Shown: piece by piece, positions 1 to 9,960 of the stretch
Layout: every line of letters begins with the position of its first letter
How positions within the stretch are numbered: the stretch's first letter is position 1
Assembly: GCF_006345805.1 (NCBI RefSeq)
Contig: NW_021823751.1
Location: 1-21,673, forward strand
DNA: 21,673 bases
Source of the DNA: Octopus sinensis
Taxonomy: Eukaryota
Direction: 5' to 3'
The notes under the pieces: generated by a model
What the model was told of the DNA's origin: nothing
Databases searched by the model: none
What the model saw: the letters and a program-made list of their open reading frames with translations, nothing else
Program-made: the position numbers and the translations under genes

Positions 1-95
1 GACAAGAAACTCAAAAGAGGTAGCGGTGTTGAACTCTCTCTTTCACCAAAAGCAAATCGCATAAGAATGGCCACTGAAAATGTGATGACACTGAT

Positions 96-151
96 GGTGC
101 TCCAGTATGGCCACAGCCTTTGGGCTGAAACATATGAAAGAGTAAAAGAAT
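96..151 (+). mobile_element. SINE 3' tail fragment (family B)
   Basis: ggtgctccagtatggccacagcc...ctgaaacat...aaaagaat matches the 3' end of the full-length copy at 14805-15197 (ggtgctccagcatggctgcaatc...ctgaaacacgtaaaagaat). Confidence 0.7.
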
Positions 152-570
152 ATATAATATATATATAATATATATTTATATATTACATGCATGTATGTAT
201 AAGATATAATATATATACATACATACACACACACACACATATGTGTGTGTGTGTTCATGCGCGCGCGCGTGTGTGTAACGAAACCTCCATTAACTACAAA
301 CCCCTAAACAAGTATAGTCTTTACCATAATTACATTCCCCATGTCGGACAATGATGTAATAGCAACGTATGGCATAAGATATACAACAAAACGATATATA
401 CATACATACTTACATATATATATATTATATATATATATATACATATATACATATATATATATACTATAATATATATATCATATATATATAATATAATATA
501 TAATATATATACACACACATATGTGTGCGTGTGTGTGAGTGTGTGTGTGTGTGTGTGTTTGTGTGTGTGT
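150..570. repeat. Compound (TA)n/(CA)n/(TG)n microsatellite region
   Basis: Directly visible; includes a 28-bp palindrome acacacacacacat|atgtgtgtgtgtgt at 227-254. Confidence 0.9.
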
Positions 571-1166
571 ATACGACGGTTCTGAAGCCATCACTATCAC
601 CACTCCCCCTACTACCTATCTCTCCTGCTACTACAACACAAGCGATAAAATTGATCAGCAAAACCAGAAAAGAAATACACAAACAGCATCTCTACCCAGC
701 TATTTTGCTACTTCATCGCCGCCACCCCCAACACCTCCGTCACCACCACCGCCACCACCAACACGACCATCACAAGCACTCGAAACTATCAATCCGACCA
801 TATACAACTGTGACAGAAGCGATTTAAACAAACAACTGCTGCAACAGTTGCCGCTGCAACAACAACGACAGTTGTGAGTCGGCCAATTGCATCTGCAACA
901 CTAACTGCACACAGGTGCATTGTCATTTTACTATTTGTGTATAATTGCAGCAAATCCATGCTGCTGTTGTTGTTGTTGCCACCGCTGTGTATTCGTTGCA
1001 TGGCTAGGGTCTAGCAGACGTCTGGTCAAAAAGCATGCCAATCGTGATCATTCTCCCTTTTAGACGGTAGCCGGTAGAAAGTAGTTGAGTGAGATTTGGC
1101 TGCTATGTCTAGCTAGTCGAACAACACTATAGTGAGATCCATGTTTGTCATGACACCTTATACAAG

Positions 1167-1316
<150 letters not shown>

Positions 1317-1404
1317 GTGTCTGTCTGTCTTTCTGTCTACCTTTGTGTACATGTTTACATACATACGTACATCTGTGTGTGCCTGTGTGTGTCCGCACGC
1401 GTAT

Positions 1405-1490
1405 GAAAGCTCGTGGCTTAATGGCTAGGGTGGTAGGTTCAATTCTTAGACCAGGTTACTCCAGTAGACTTAGCTGAAAATGAGTACCAG
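1405..1490 (+). mobile_element. Degenerate, internally deleted SINE head (family A-like)
   Basis: gctcgtggcttaatggctagggt...ggttcaattc...ctccagtagacttagctgaaaatgagtacc resembles the A-box, B-box and ctccagtccactcagctg core of the copy at 2541-2859. Confidence 0.5.
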
Positions 1491-1759
1491 TGGCAGCCGG
1501 CTCCCATTGAGTTCACCACGTGAATTCATAGGAGTTTCAAAAGATGGTCAGAGTCTGCGAAAGTAGTTCCCGTCTGTATTCGTAAGCCACCATATACGAC
1601 CGATGGCAGGTCGCCCTCGTGTTACGCCTTCTCGCTGTAGAATACTTGCAGACGCGATCCAACGCCACCAGAAAGCCGTCGGATTCTGGAACAGACACCG
1701 CCTGAAAAAATCACCATTGCCCTCCAGTTAGCCGGGTTGCAGCCCTAGCATTGGTGTCA

Positions 1760-1862
1760 GACTTGTCCGCCTTGGGTGGCCCAACCAGAGATTCGAAGTC
1801 CCCGATGACATAGCCCTTCACTCACTCGTTTAACCTTCCACCCACGATGAGGTAAAGGGTTG
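1760..1862 (+). mobile_element. RTE-clade LINE 5'UTR-like fragment
   Basis: gacttgtccgccttgggtggcccaaccag...ccccgatgacatagccc...ccacccacgatgaggt matches, from recall, the motif order in RTE/Expander(Rex3)-type 5'UTRs. No RTE ORF follows, and the fragment may extend upstream to about 1500. Confidence 0.5.
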
Positions 1863-2109
1863 GACTTAGAGGAAGGAATGTCATGTTATTTATGGAGAAT
1901 CTTTGGTCCCCGAGATTATCTCCTCTTATCATTTGACGTTAGCCCCAATTGCCACCATGCGATTATTTCAGAAAAGGAGATAATTTCAGTAAACCCCCAA
2001 AATTATGCTGTACGGCAATTAATATACCTATCATTGTCAGTATTATGTTAAAAGTTTTGGCAGAGCCTTGTGTCAAATACGTAGTTCTTATTCGCCAAAA
2101 TGTTAGAAA

Positions 2110-2249
2110 GTGGTTAAGAAGCTTGCTTTGGAACTACGGGGTTTCGGGTTCAGTTCCACTACACATCACCTTCTACTATAGCTCTCGGTTAACCAAAGTC
2201 TTAAGAGTGGATTTGCTCGACAGAAACGTTATGGAAGCCCGTTGTTTCT

Positions 2250-2250
<1 letters not shown>
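2110..2250 (+). mobile_element. SINE 5' half (family B), slightly 5'-truncated
   Basis: gtggttaagaagcttgc...gggttcagttccact...ttctactatag...accaaagtctt...gtggatttg...gaagcccg aligns with 14815-14960, with the ttgggcaagtgtc segment deleted. Confidence 0.85.
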
Positions 2251-2285
<35 letters not shown>

Positions 2286-2304
2286 CAACACACACACACA
2301 CACA

Positions 2305-2525
2305 CGAGGGGTGTGCTGAAAAGTTCTTGGTTTTACGGGTATCACAAAAGGCCTGGTCGGAGGCCTAAACTTCCGAGTTCTTTTACAGGGCTTACAGAAA
2401 CTGAGGGATCGCTGCAATAAATGTGTGAATCTGAGAGGGGAATATTTTGAAGAATAAAACCATAATTAACTGATCCTTCTGTGTTTTCGCTTAGGCCAAA
2501 CCAGGCACCTTTCAGCACTCCTTTG
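2305..2525 (+). mobile_element. Tc1/mariner non-autonomous deletion derivative
   Basis: Imperfect TIRs (left gtgctgaaaagttcttggttt; reverse complement of right gtgctgaaaggtgcctggttt), TA at the right flank, and 2386-2457 encoding QGLQKLRDRCNKCVNLRGEYFEE*, the typical mariner transposase C-terminus (GIxKLxxRWxKCxxxxGxY). Confidence 0.85.
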
Positions 2526-2540
2526 TATATATATATATAA

Positions 2541-2859
2541 AGAGCACTCCGTCGGTTACGACGACGAGGGTCCCAGCTGATACGATCAATGGAACAGCTT
2601 GCTCGTGAAATTAACGTGCAAATGACTTAGCAATCACAGACACGCGTACCCCTAATGTAGTTCTCAGAGAGATTCAGCGTGACAGAGTGTGACAAGGCCG
2701 GCCCTTTGAAATACAGGTACAACTAATTTTTTGCCAGCTGAGTGGACTGGAGCAACGTGAAATAAAGTGTCTTGCTCAAGGACACAACGCGTCGCCGGGA
2801 ATCGAACTCACGACCTTACAATCGTGAGCCGAATGCCCTAACCACTAAGCCACGCGCCT
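2541..2859 (-). mobile_element. Full-length tRNA-derived SINE (family A)
   Basis: Minus strand starts aggcgcgtggcttagtggttagg (A-box) ...gagttcgattccc (B-box), then ttgtgtccttgagcaagacact; flanked by (TA)n. The head is shared with 12576 and 13851. Confidence 0.9.
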
Positions 2860-2952
2860 CTCATATTATATATAATATATATATATATTATATATATATA
2901 TATATGTGTGTGTTGTGTGTGGTTGTGTGTGTTGTGTGTGTGTGTGTTTAAT

Positions 2953-3150
2953 CTTCTCACCACCACTTGACAACCGGTGTTGATTTGTTTATGACTCCGT
3001 AACTTAGCAGTTTGGACACAAAGTGACTGATAGAATAATTATCATACTTTAAAAGAAAAAGAAGTATATATGTCGATTTATTCAATCAAAAACGCTTGAA
3101 GGCAATGTCCCAGCTGGCTGCAGTGCAGCGACTGAAACAAATGAAAGAAG
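2953..3150 (+). mobile_element. SINE 3' half (family B)
   Basis: cttgacaaccggtgttg...taacttagc...gactgatagaataa...gtcgattt...actgaaacaa aligns with 15010-15197. Confidence 0.8.
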
Positions 3151-3692
3151 AAGCAAGGAATTAATAATATACCTTTATTAATATACCTTTATTCCTCTTT
3201 AGTATTATAAAACGTTTCAAGGCATTCTTGTGTCAAATATGTAATTCTTATACTCTAAATATTATAAAATCCAATATATAGATAACGAGACTACTACACT
3301 GAATTACCTTCCCACACGTGATGTAGTTATAATAGTTGAGGAAGTTGTATTTAATCTATGGTTCCATCCATATTATAATAATGTGAACACTTGAAACTCT
3401 CTGAGTCTATAAACGTGTATACGATGACAATAGGCCCGGAAGTGAACTGTTTGGTATCTTCCTGTATGAAACACGTTACATCATTCATCATGGTTCCCTT
3501 AAGGGAAAGTGATACAAATATAATGTCTTAACACGTGGTGTGCTTACATAAGACTGGTAAGGTGGTATTATATGAAGTTTCCTGTGATTGCTGATTAGAT
3601 CAAGGTCAGTTTCAACCAACCAGACGTATCACCGGCATTCTAGGCTTGATCATCCCAACTTTTCTTCTTCATTTGGGTATTTTTAACATTTA

Positions 3693-4073
3693 TCTTTTAC
3701 TTGTTTCAGTGACTGCGGCCATGCTGGGGCTCGGCATGAAGCGGTTTTAGTCGAATGAACTGATCCCAGTGCTTTTTTAAAGCCCGGTACTTATCCTGTC
3801 GATCCGTTTTGCCGAACAGCTAAATTACAGGGACTTAAACACATCAACACCGATTGTCAAGCGGTGGTGGGATACAAACACAAAGCACCCCAACAACACA
3901 CTATGTATATATATATGCCGGGCTTCTTTCAGTTTACCAAATCTACTCACAAGGCTTTGGTCGCCCCGAAGCTGTTGTAGAAGACACTTGCCCAAGGTAC
4001 AATACAGTGGGACTGAACTCGGAACCATATGGTTAGGAAGCAAGCTTCTTACCACTCAGCCACGCCTGTGCCT
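3693..4073 (-). mobile_element. Full-length SINE (family B)
   Basis: Reverse complement aligns end to end with 14805-15197: head aggcacaggcgtggctgagtggtaagaagcttgc, core ccttgggcaagtgtcttctac, tail ctgaaacaagtaaaaga. Confidence 0.9.
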
Positions 4074-4377
4074 AGAACCTTTTCTCTTTTATTTTAAGTG
4101 TCCTTGTATTTCATGGAAAGTTTGGTATAATTCTAAATTATCTTAACTATTCGATTAATTTCATTTGTTACGGTTTACACGATTTTGCAATTTGCCTTCA
4201 CCTTAGCTGTATTGTTTGAGTTTTTGATCTGCAGTATGTGATTATATTTGTAAATAAAAACATATAACATTATGTAAAATCTACAGTGTTCCTTTTAGTT
4301 TACTTTATATACATACGCAAATGCATATGCTCCTACCATATACATGTGTGTGTGCTTGTGTGTGTACACAAAGAGAA

Positions 4378-4379
4378 AA

Positions 4380-4416
<37 letters not shown>
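4378..4416. repeat. (GA)n microsatellite
   Basis: Directly visible. Confidence 0.95.
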
Positions 4417-4417
<1 letters not shown>

Positions 4418-4784
4418 TTGTTAGTGAGGGATTATCAGTCTGGGCAAAATACTTTATCCGCTCTCTGTTTAGGCTAACACTACTGTTTAGATTAGTAAAG
4501 AACTCCAACTATTCTTGTAGCAGGGCCCAAGGTTATAGTTCATCACCATTCTATATTGTAAATGTGGTTGTGTTCCCAGTTATACTAATTTTCTTACATA
4601 GTGATATACAAGACGAAGCATAAATAAGGATCATTACATATTTTTTATTGTAGTATATATATAAGACAAAGCATAAGTAATGGTAATTATTTTTTTTCTT
4701 TTTATTGTATAATTTGAATTTCTGTAAGTCAAATTTACTACAATAAAAAGAATGAAAAATGTCATTACCAATATTATGCCTTGT

Positions 4785-4786
<2 letters not shown>

Positions 4787-4859
<73 letters not shown>

Positions 4860-4860
4860 C
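4787..4860. repeat. (TA)n microsatellite
   Basis: Directly visible. Confidence 0.95.
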
Positions 4861-4909
4861 GTACATATAGGTGCATACTTACATATATATGTATATACAT
4901 ATACATATA

Positions 4910-5246
4910 TGGCTACAGGACATCATAGAACGTAAACAACATGAAGTACGAAATACAATATTTTTTTTGCGAACAACGAAAGAAACAAATGGAAAACAAG
5001 ACAAGTAACACAAAGAACGACCCTTCATCAGTTGTCGGCTGTTTTATCTATATGTATATATATATAGTCACTTCAAATAAACGGAAAAAGTGAATAAAAA
5101 GGAACATGAGGATGTGCACAAGAAATACATAGGCTTGACGCTTGGTGAAAGAAAAGCGTTTGATGTTCAAACCCAGCTCTTCGTTGGAAAGGAGCAAGGG
5201 AAAAGTCCAAAGAAGGAAAAGGAATCACCAACGGCATACGTGTAGT

Positions 5247-5248
<2 letters not shown>
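4910..5248 (-). mobile_element. Interspersed repeat, probable PLE pseudo-LTR remnant
   Basis: Minus strand has ctgatgaaggg (5022-5032) and a decayed ccaacgaagagctgggtttgaacatc (5164-5189) resembling the CTGAnGA...GAAAC signature of PLE termini; family recognised from recall only. Confidence 0.4.
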
Positions 5249-5296
<48 letters not shown>

Positions 5297-6072
5297 CGCA
5301 CACACACATATATATATACACACACATACATATTAAAAAGTCAATAAAAGAAAATGGAAAAGAAAGAATGTAAAAGATACTGGGTTCATTTTATTTGTAT
5401 CACAATAGAAAAGTGATGCAAATTAAAAGAGATACCTATAAGAACAAGTATAAAAGTATAAAACCGCATCCAGAAAACAACCAGAAAATATTTAAAAAAA
5501 AACTACATGTTTCAATCCTACAGTATGTTTGAATCATCAATATTGTAACTTTTATAGGTGTAATAAACACTATATTGCGGATATCTTCAGGGAAAAGTAA
5601 GTATATTTTCCAGTCTTGAATTACGAAATAATTTATTTGAGGAATATGTTTAGGAATTTTCAAATGTAAACAGCAACTTATTAGGAGGCAGAGTTCATGT
5701 GATTAGAAATTGTTCGTTTAAAATTTAGCTAATATTGAACGTTGAAATGCTGCTAAAACATCAAATTCATTTGAAAAATATATCTATAATTATATTTAAA
5801 ACTAAATTTAAATATATTTCTAAAAGTTTATGTGAGGTAGATAGTAGAAAGACATATGTAACTTACCATGAGGGGTACAATATACAAAGAATTAGATTGG
5901 GAAATGTTAATAAAGATGAGATGGAAAGTATGTTCAGTCTATGTGAAATACTATCCTAGAATCTTCCGAATGTTCCTTTTTGCCTCCACATGTGAATGAA
6001 AATGAAAATTTAGAATTACTTTTAAGCTGTTAATAAAGAATCTACCTTGGCAGGCAAATATCTTGTATTTTT

Positions 6073-6270
6073 TTACTTTTACTTGTTTTACTTATTGGAC
6101 TGGGAACCGCATTGAAGGGTTTTAGTTGAACAGATCGACCCAGGTACTTATTTTTAGTCTGGCATTTGCTCTATCGGCCTATTTTGTCGAACCGCTAGGG
6201 TTCGGGGACGTAAACAAGTCAAAGTGGTGGGGAGACAAACACAAACACAAAAACACACATATGTATACGG
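6073..6270 (-). mobile_element. SINE family B, 3' part (interrupted by the hAT element)
   Basis: ttttacttgttt...gatcgacccaggtacttat...gccgaaccgctag-like...ggacgtaaaca...gtggtggggagacaaac is collinear with 3693-3910. Confidence 0.85.
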
Positions 6271-6752
6271 CAGGGGTCACCAAGCTAAAGCCCGCGAGGG
6301 CAATTCACCGCCGCACTGTATTTTTTGTGTAAGTACCTGCAATGAGAGTTCATTTGCCTCTGGTATGGCACCAGTGTTTGGAACAACTTATGTCTGTCAG
6401 CAAGCATTTTCAATAATGAAGTATGTGAAATCAGCAGATCGATGAACATTTCAAAGCAATTCTCTTGGTTAGATGCAGCAATTCCAAAGCAAATATTGCC
6501 AATATCTTAAACACCAATTTCACAAATCTTACTAACCTTTTTTGCTGCTTAGTCTGAGATTCGGATATGTGCGCACTGGGTGTGATATAACTATCTAATA
6601 GCTAAATGTCACCTTCTTTGGTAACATTTTGGTAAATGAATATGTTGGTTGTCTTTATATTTTGTGTATTCCCTACTGTATTGGACTAAATGGTTATGCG
6701 GCCCGCGCTCATCATTCTCTCAGTTATCTGAAAAAAAGTTTGGCGACTTCTG
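6271..6752 (+). mobile_element. hAT (Charlie/SPIN-like) non-autonomous deletion derivative
   Basis: TIRs caggggtcaccaagct and reverse-complement cagaagtcgccaaact (12/16); 8-bp TSD gtatacgg (6263-6270) / atatacgg (6753-6760). 6377-6445 encodes FGTTYVCQQAFSIMKYVKSADR, then DEHFKAIL in another frame, matching the hAT C-terminal dimerisation motif FGSTYxCEQxFSxM. Confidence 0.9.
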
Positions 6753-6882
6753 ATATACGGGAAGGCTTTCTCAGTTTCCGTCACTTCTAAATTCAGTGAC
6801 AAGACATTTGTCGGTCCTGGGACTGAACTTGAAATCACGTAGTTGCAAAGCGAGCTTCTTAAGTACACAGCCATGTCTGTGC
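6753..6882 (-). mobile_element. SINE family B, 5' part (continuation after the hAT insertion)
   Basis: atatacggg...tcagtttccgtc...gggactgaac...gcttcttaa...acagccatgtctgtgc is collinear with 3910-4073, with an internal deletion. Confidence 0.8.
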
Positions 6883-6922
6883 TTCTACTATTAGACGATC
6901 ATTTGGGATTTGGGGATTTTGA

Positions 6923-7098
6923 TATTGATTTCAAATTTTGGTACCAGACCAGAAATTTGGGAGTGTTCAAATGGCTCTTATTTTATCAACACGGAATGAT
7001 GGAAGGCAAAATTGACTCTAGCGGAATTTGAACGCAGAACGTAAAGACGGACGAAATGCCGCTATACATTTTGCCTGGGGTGCTAACGATTCTGTCAG
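6923..7098 (-). mobile_element. tRNA-derived SINE (family C), degenerate
   Basis: Minus strand gacagaatcgttagcacc...gcggcatttcgtccgtctttacgttctgcgttcaaattccgc (B-box gttcaaattc)...tttgccttccatc...ccaaaatttgaaatcaata; family recognised from recall. Confidence 0.7.
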
Positions 7099-7242
7099 AT
7101 TTTGATATTAATCGTTTTGATGTTAGAGATTGCTAATATGTGGTTTGCTTGCTACTTCCATTAAAGAGATCATTCTGAGTAAGTATGTGAGCCATTCCAG
7201 TGTCTTTTCGGTGCATGTGATATATATATATATATATATTAC

Positions 7243-7488
7243 GGAGATGTACTTGCATAGCAAGTGACCTGATCTGAGATCGTGTGCTAGAACGAAATCA
7301 ATTGCAGCGTGGAAGGTGTTTATAAGCCATTTAAGAAACACACAAAAACCGTTAGATTCACTTCAACAACAGGTCGCGGTCTCAAAGCGACGAAAATATT
7401 TTGACAAATTAAATTTAAATGTTGAAGTGAATCTAACGGCTTTTGTGTGTTTCTTAAATGGCTTATAAACATCTTCCACGCTGCAATT
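7243..7488. repeat. Palindromic repeat: 69-bp inverted arms with 51-bp spacer
   Basis: 7300-7368 vs reverse complement of 7420-7488 match at 67/69; flanked by (TA)n. The spacer holds gtcgc-ggtctcaaa-gcgac-gaaa-atatt, the 3' half of a hammerhead-like motif. Confidence 0.85.
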
Positions 7489-7495
7489 ATATATA

Positions 7496-7544
<49 letters not shown>

Positions 7545-7547
7545 ATA

Positions 7548-7602
7548 TTCTTTTCTTTTTAACTTCATTTGACTGCGTCCATACTGGAGTATCGCCTTGA
7601 AG
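7548..7602 (-). mobile_element. SINE family B tail fragment
   Basis: ttcttttc...catttgactgcgtccatactggagtatcgccttgaag is the reverse complement of the family tail. Confidence 0.7.
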
Positions 7603-7679
7603 TAACTCGGAAATTGATTGTGTCCCTTACATCCATTGGTCATATAAAAAAATAACAAATATTGCTTTTTATATTAGAA

Positions 7680-7796
7680 TCACGTGTTTGAAATTTTAAA
7701 AAAATATTTACTTCCGGTTTTCTAGCGTCAGTGACGTCTATATCTCTCTATCCATTTCGCTCTATCCATCTCTGCCTCTCTATATCTCTCTTCATC

Positions 7797-7887
<91 letters not shown>

Positions 7888-9229
7888 GTCTGTCTACATC
7901 TTATCTATCTATAACTACCTTATTTGTCTAACTAGCTAGCTCTCGCACTTTACCCCTCTTTCTATATCTTACTCACTCTCTATTGTTTTCACTTTTAGTT
8001 CAATCACTATTGTTTTCACTGTAAGCTTTCAATGGCTGTTTACAAACAACAACGATAAATTACTGCCAGAAAGAAGTTCACAATTACTGACGAAAGTAAT
8101 TTCATACATAATTTACTGACAGAAGTAACTTCATAAATTTCACTTCAATCCGTATACTTCGTGAAATTTTCCTACAAATTTCTTATTTGCTTTTGCAACG
8201 TTTTGTGTTTTTTGCTGTTGACGTAATTACTGATAAAAGTAAGTTCATAATTTACTGACAGAAGTATCTTCAAAAATTGCACTTAAATCAGTACACTTAG
8301 TTAATTTCCCTAAAAAATATTTTATTTACTTTTGCAACAGTTTTGTGTTTTTCTGTTGTTAGCGGCTTTTTTCTGGTTCCTTCGATACTGGCTCTTTGGT
8401 TCACTGACAATTTCGCTTCAACCTGTAGAATTCTTTATTTTTCGTAAAAAACTTCTTATTTGCTTTCTGCTCTTCGTATTAAGAAATATAATTTCCGTTA
8501 CCAAGTTATTTTCATTGTTTACTATCTTCTGCACCCGTGTATTTCTGTATACGTATATAACCATGCCTAGAAGGAAAGTGTCAAATTTGTCTACAATGTC
8601 AAGGTGAGCCAAAATAACATCTCTGTCCAGGGAAAGAGAGACAGCTGCAGAAAGGGAAGCATACCAAGAAATGAACATACTCTGCACTACAAAAGCCAGA
8701 GCATCTCAAAGTGATGAACAGCGGTATGCTACACTGACAAGGAATAAGATCACTTGTCATCAACCGATCAAGATTCAACCACTTCCAAAATAAAATTAGA
8801 CAATACAAACGCTGCACTGATGACATCATTTGGAGTCAAAAGAGATTTAACTGAGCCAGGATTCATGCAAACTTTCAAGATCCAAGGTCAGATTTATCGG
8901 ATTGGCTCTCTATTACCCCAGTCAAATGTGTCACCAAAATCGGCCTTTCATTGTTTATGATATGTACCTGTTTTTTTTTTTGGGGGGGGGGGGGGGTTTA
9001 TAAAATAAGCTACACAAAACGTGTTTTTGAATTACGTCTATTTACTATGAGTTGAAAACTTTCTCTTAACGTTTCACTTAACGTCTATGTTCCATGCTTG
9101 CATGGGTTGGAGAGTTATTAATGTAGAGAGTTGGTGTCTTAGCTACTAGGAGTTGGGACCTGCGTAATCTAGACGGCATTTTAAAATTTCGTTATATTTA
9201 ACCCGGGCAACGCCGGGTATTTCTGCTAG
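7680..9229 (+). mobile_element. Non-autonomous Helitron (5' boundary uncertain)
   Basis: Canonical 3' end: hairpin acccgg-gcaacg-ccgggt (9201-9218), then CTAG (9226-9229) followed by T. Contains a RepHel N-terminal remnant, (TCTA)n at 7797-7885 and an internal tandem duplication. Confidence 0.8.
8563..8960 (+). pseudogene. Helitron RepHel N-terminal remnant
   Basis: MPRRKVSNLSTMSR*AKI...ERETAAEREA... then, after frameshifts and a deletion, IRQYNAALMTSFG...GFMQTFKIQGQIYRIGSLLP, matching the conserved Helitron N-terminal motifs YN...MTSFG and TFKVQGQVYHxIGSLLP. Confidence 0.85.
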
Positions 9230-9319
9230 TATATTAGTATATATATATACCACGTAGTTAAGGGTTGTGGATCCAACCCACTAAGGGATAATATTTATCC
9301 AATATAACTGTATGTTTAT

Positions 9320-9331
9320 ATATATATGTAT

Positions 9332-9420
<89 letters not shown>
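9320..9420. repeat. (TA)n microsatellite
   Basis: Directly visible. Confidence 0.95.
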
Positions 9421-9421
<1 letters not shown>

Positions 9422-9579
9422 CTGTTTGTATTGAGTGTGGTTTTAAAATTTATAAATTAAATCTACCGTAATGAATTGTTTATATTGTATCGTAATATAT
9501 GATATATTGGAATCTACTATAATATGTATTGTGATGTGAAGATTACTCTAAATCTAATAATATTGTTATTATTGATAAA

Positions 9580-9598
9580 TATAATAATAATAATAATG

Positions 9599-9633
<35 letters not shown>

Positions 9634-9670
9634 TATTATTATTATAATAATAAGAATATTAATAATAATT
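9580..9670. repeat. (AAT)n/(TAT)n microsatellite
   Basis: Directly visible. Confidence 0.9.
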
Positions 9671-9830
9671 AAATATTGTTTATGAAGTCATGAGCATGGA
9701 CGTATGTATATGTTCCAGTATATATGTATATATATGTATATGACGAATGACCTATTTGCTTGGACCTATTGTTTAATTGTGCTTATTTATGTATTTATAC
9801 ACATGTAGAAGTATATATACTTTGCTTATG

Positions 9831-9875
<45 letters not shown>

Positions 9876-9960
9876 ATGTGTATATAGATATTTGTTTATA
9901 TTTATATATATTAAATTGCACGTGTATCCTGTTTCATGTATTTATATTTTGAAAGTTCTT

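Noticed and set aside
539-877. Pro/Gln-rich ORF (SPPPPTPPSPPPPPP...QQLPLQQQRQL)
   Set aside because: It starts in (TG)n and is built from CCA/CAA-type simple repeats; no splice sites or domain support.
965-1135. Possible old repeat fragments, also similar to 3600-3665
   Set aside because: Similarity is too weak to define boundaries or class from the sequence alone.
1590-1720. HDV-like ribozyme candidate (ccctcgtg, ttctcgct resemble L3)
   Set aside because: No complementary P3, P1 or P2 pairings could be built.
2790-2859. tRNA gene calls for SINE heads (also 13851 and 14805)
   Set aside because: A and B boxes are present, but there is no complete acceptor stem and they run into SINE bodies.
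4430-4790. Hydrophobic minus-strand peptides (IILVMTFFILFIVVNL...) suggesting a receptor pseudogene
   Set aside because: Stops occur in all frames, there is no recognisable family motif, AT-rich DNA yields hydrophobic translations, and part of the region matches an interspersed repeat.
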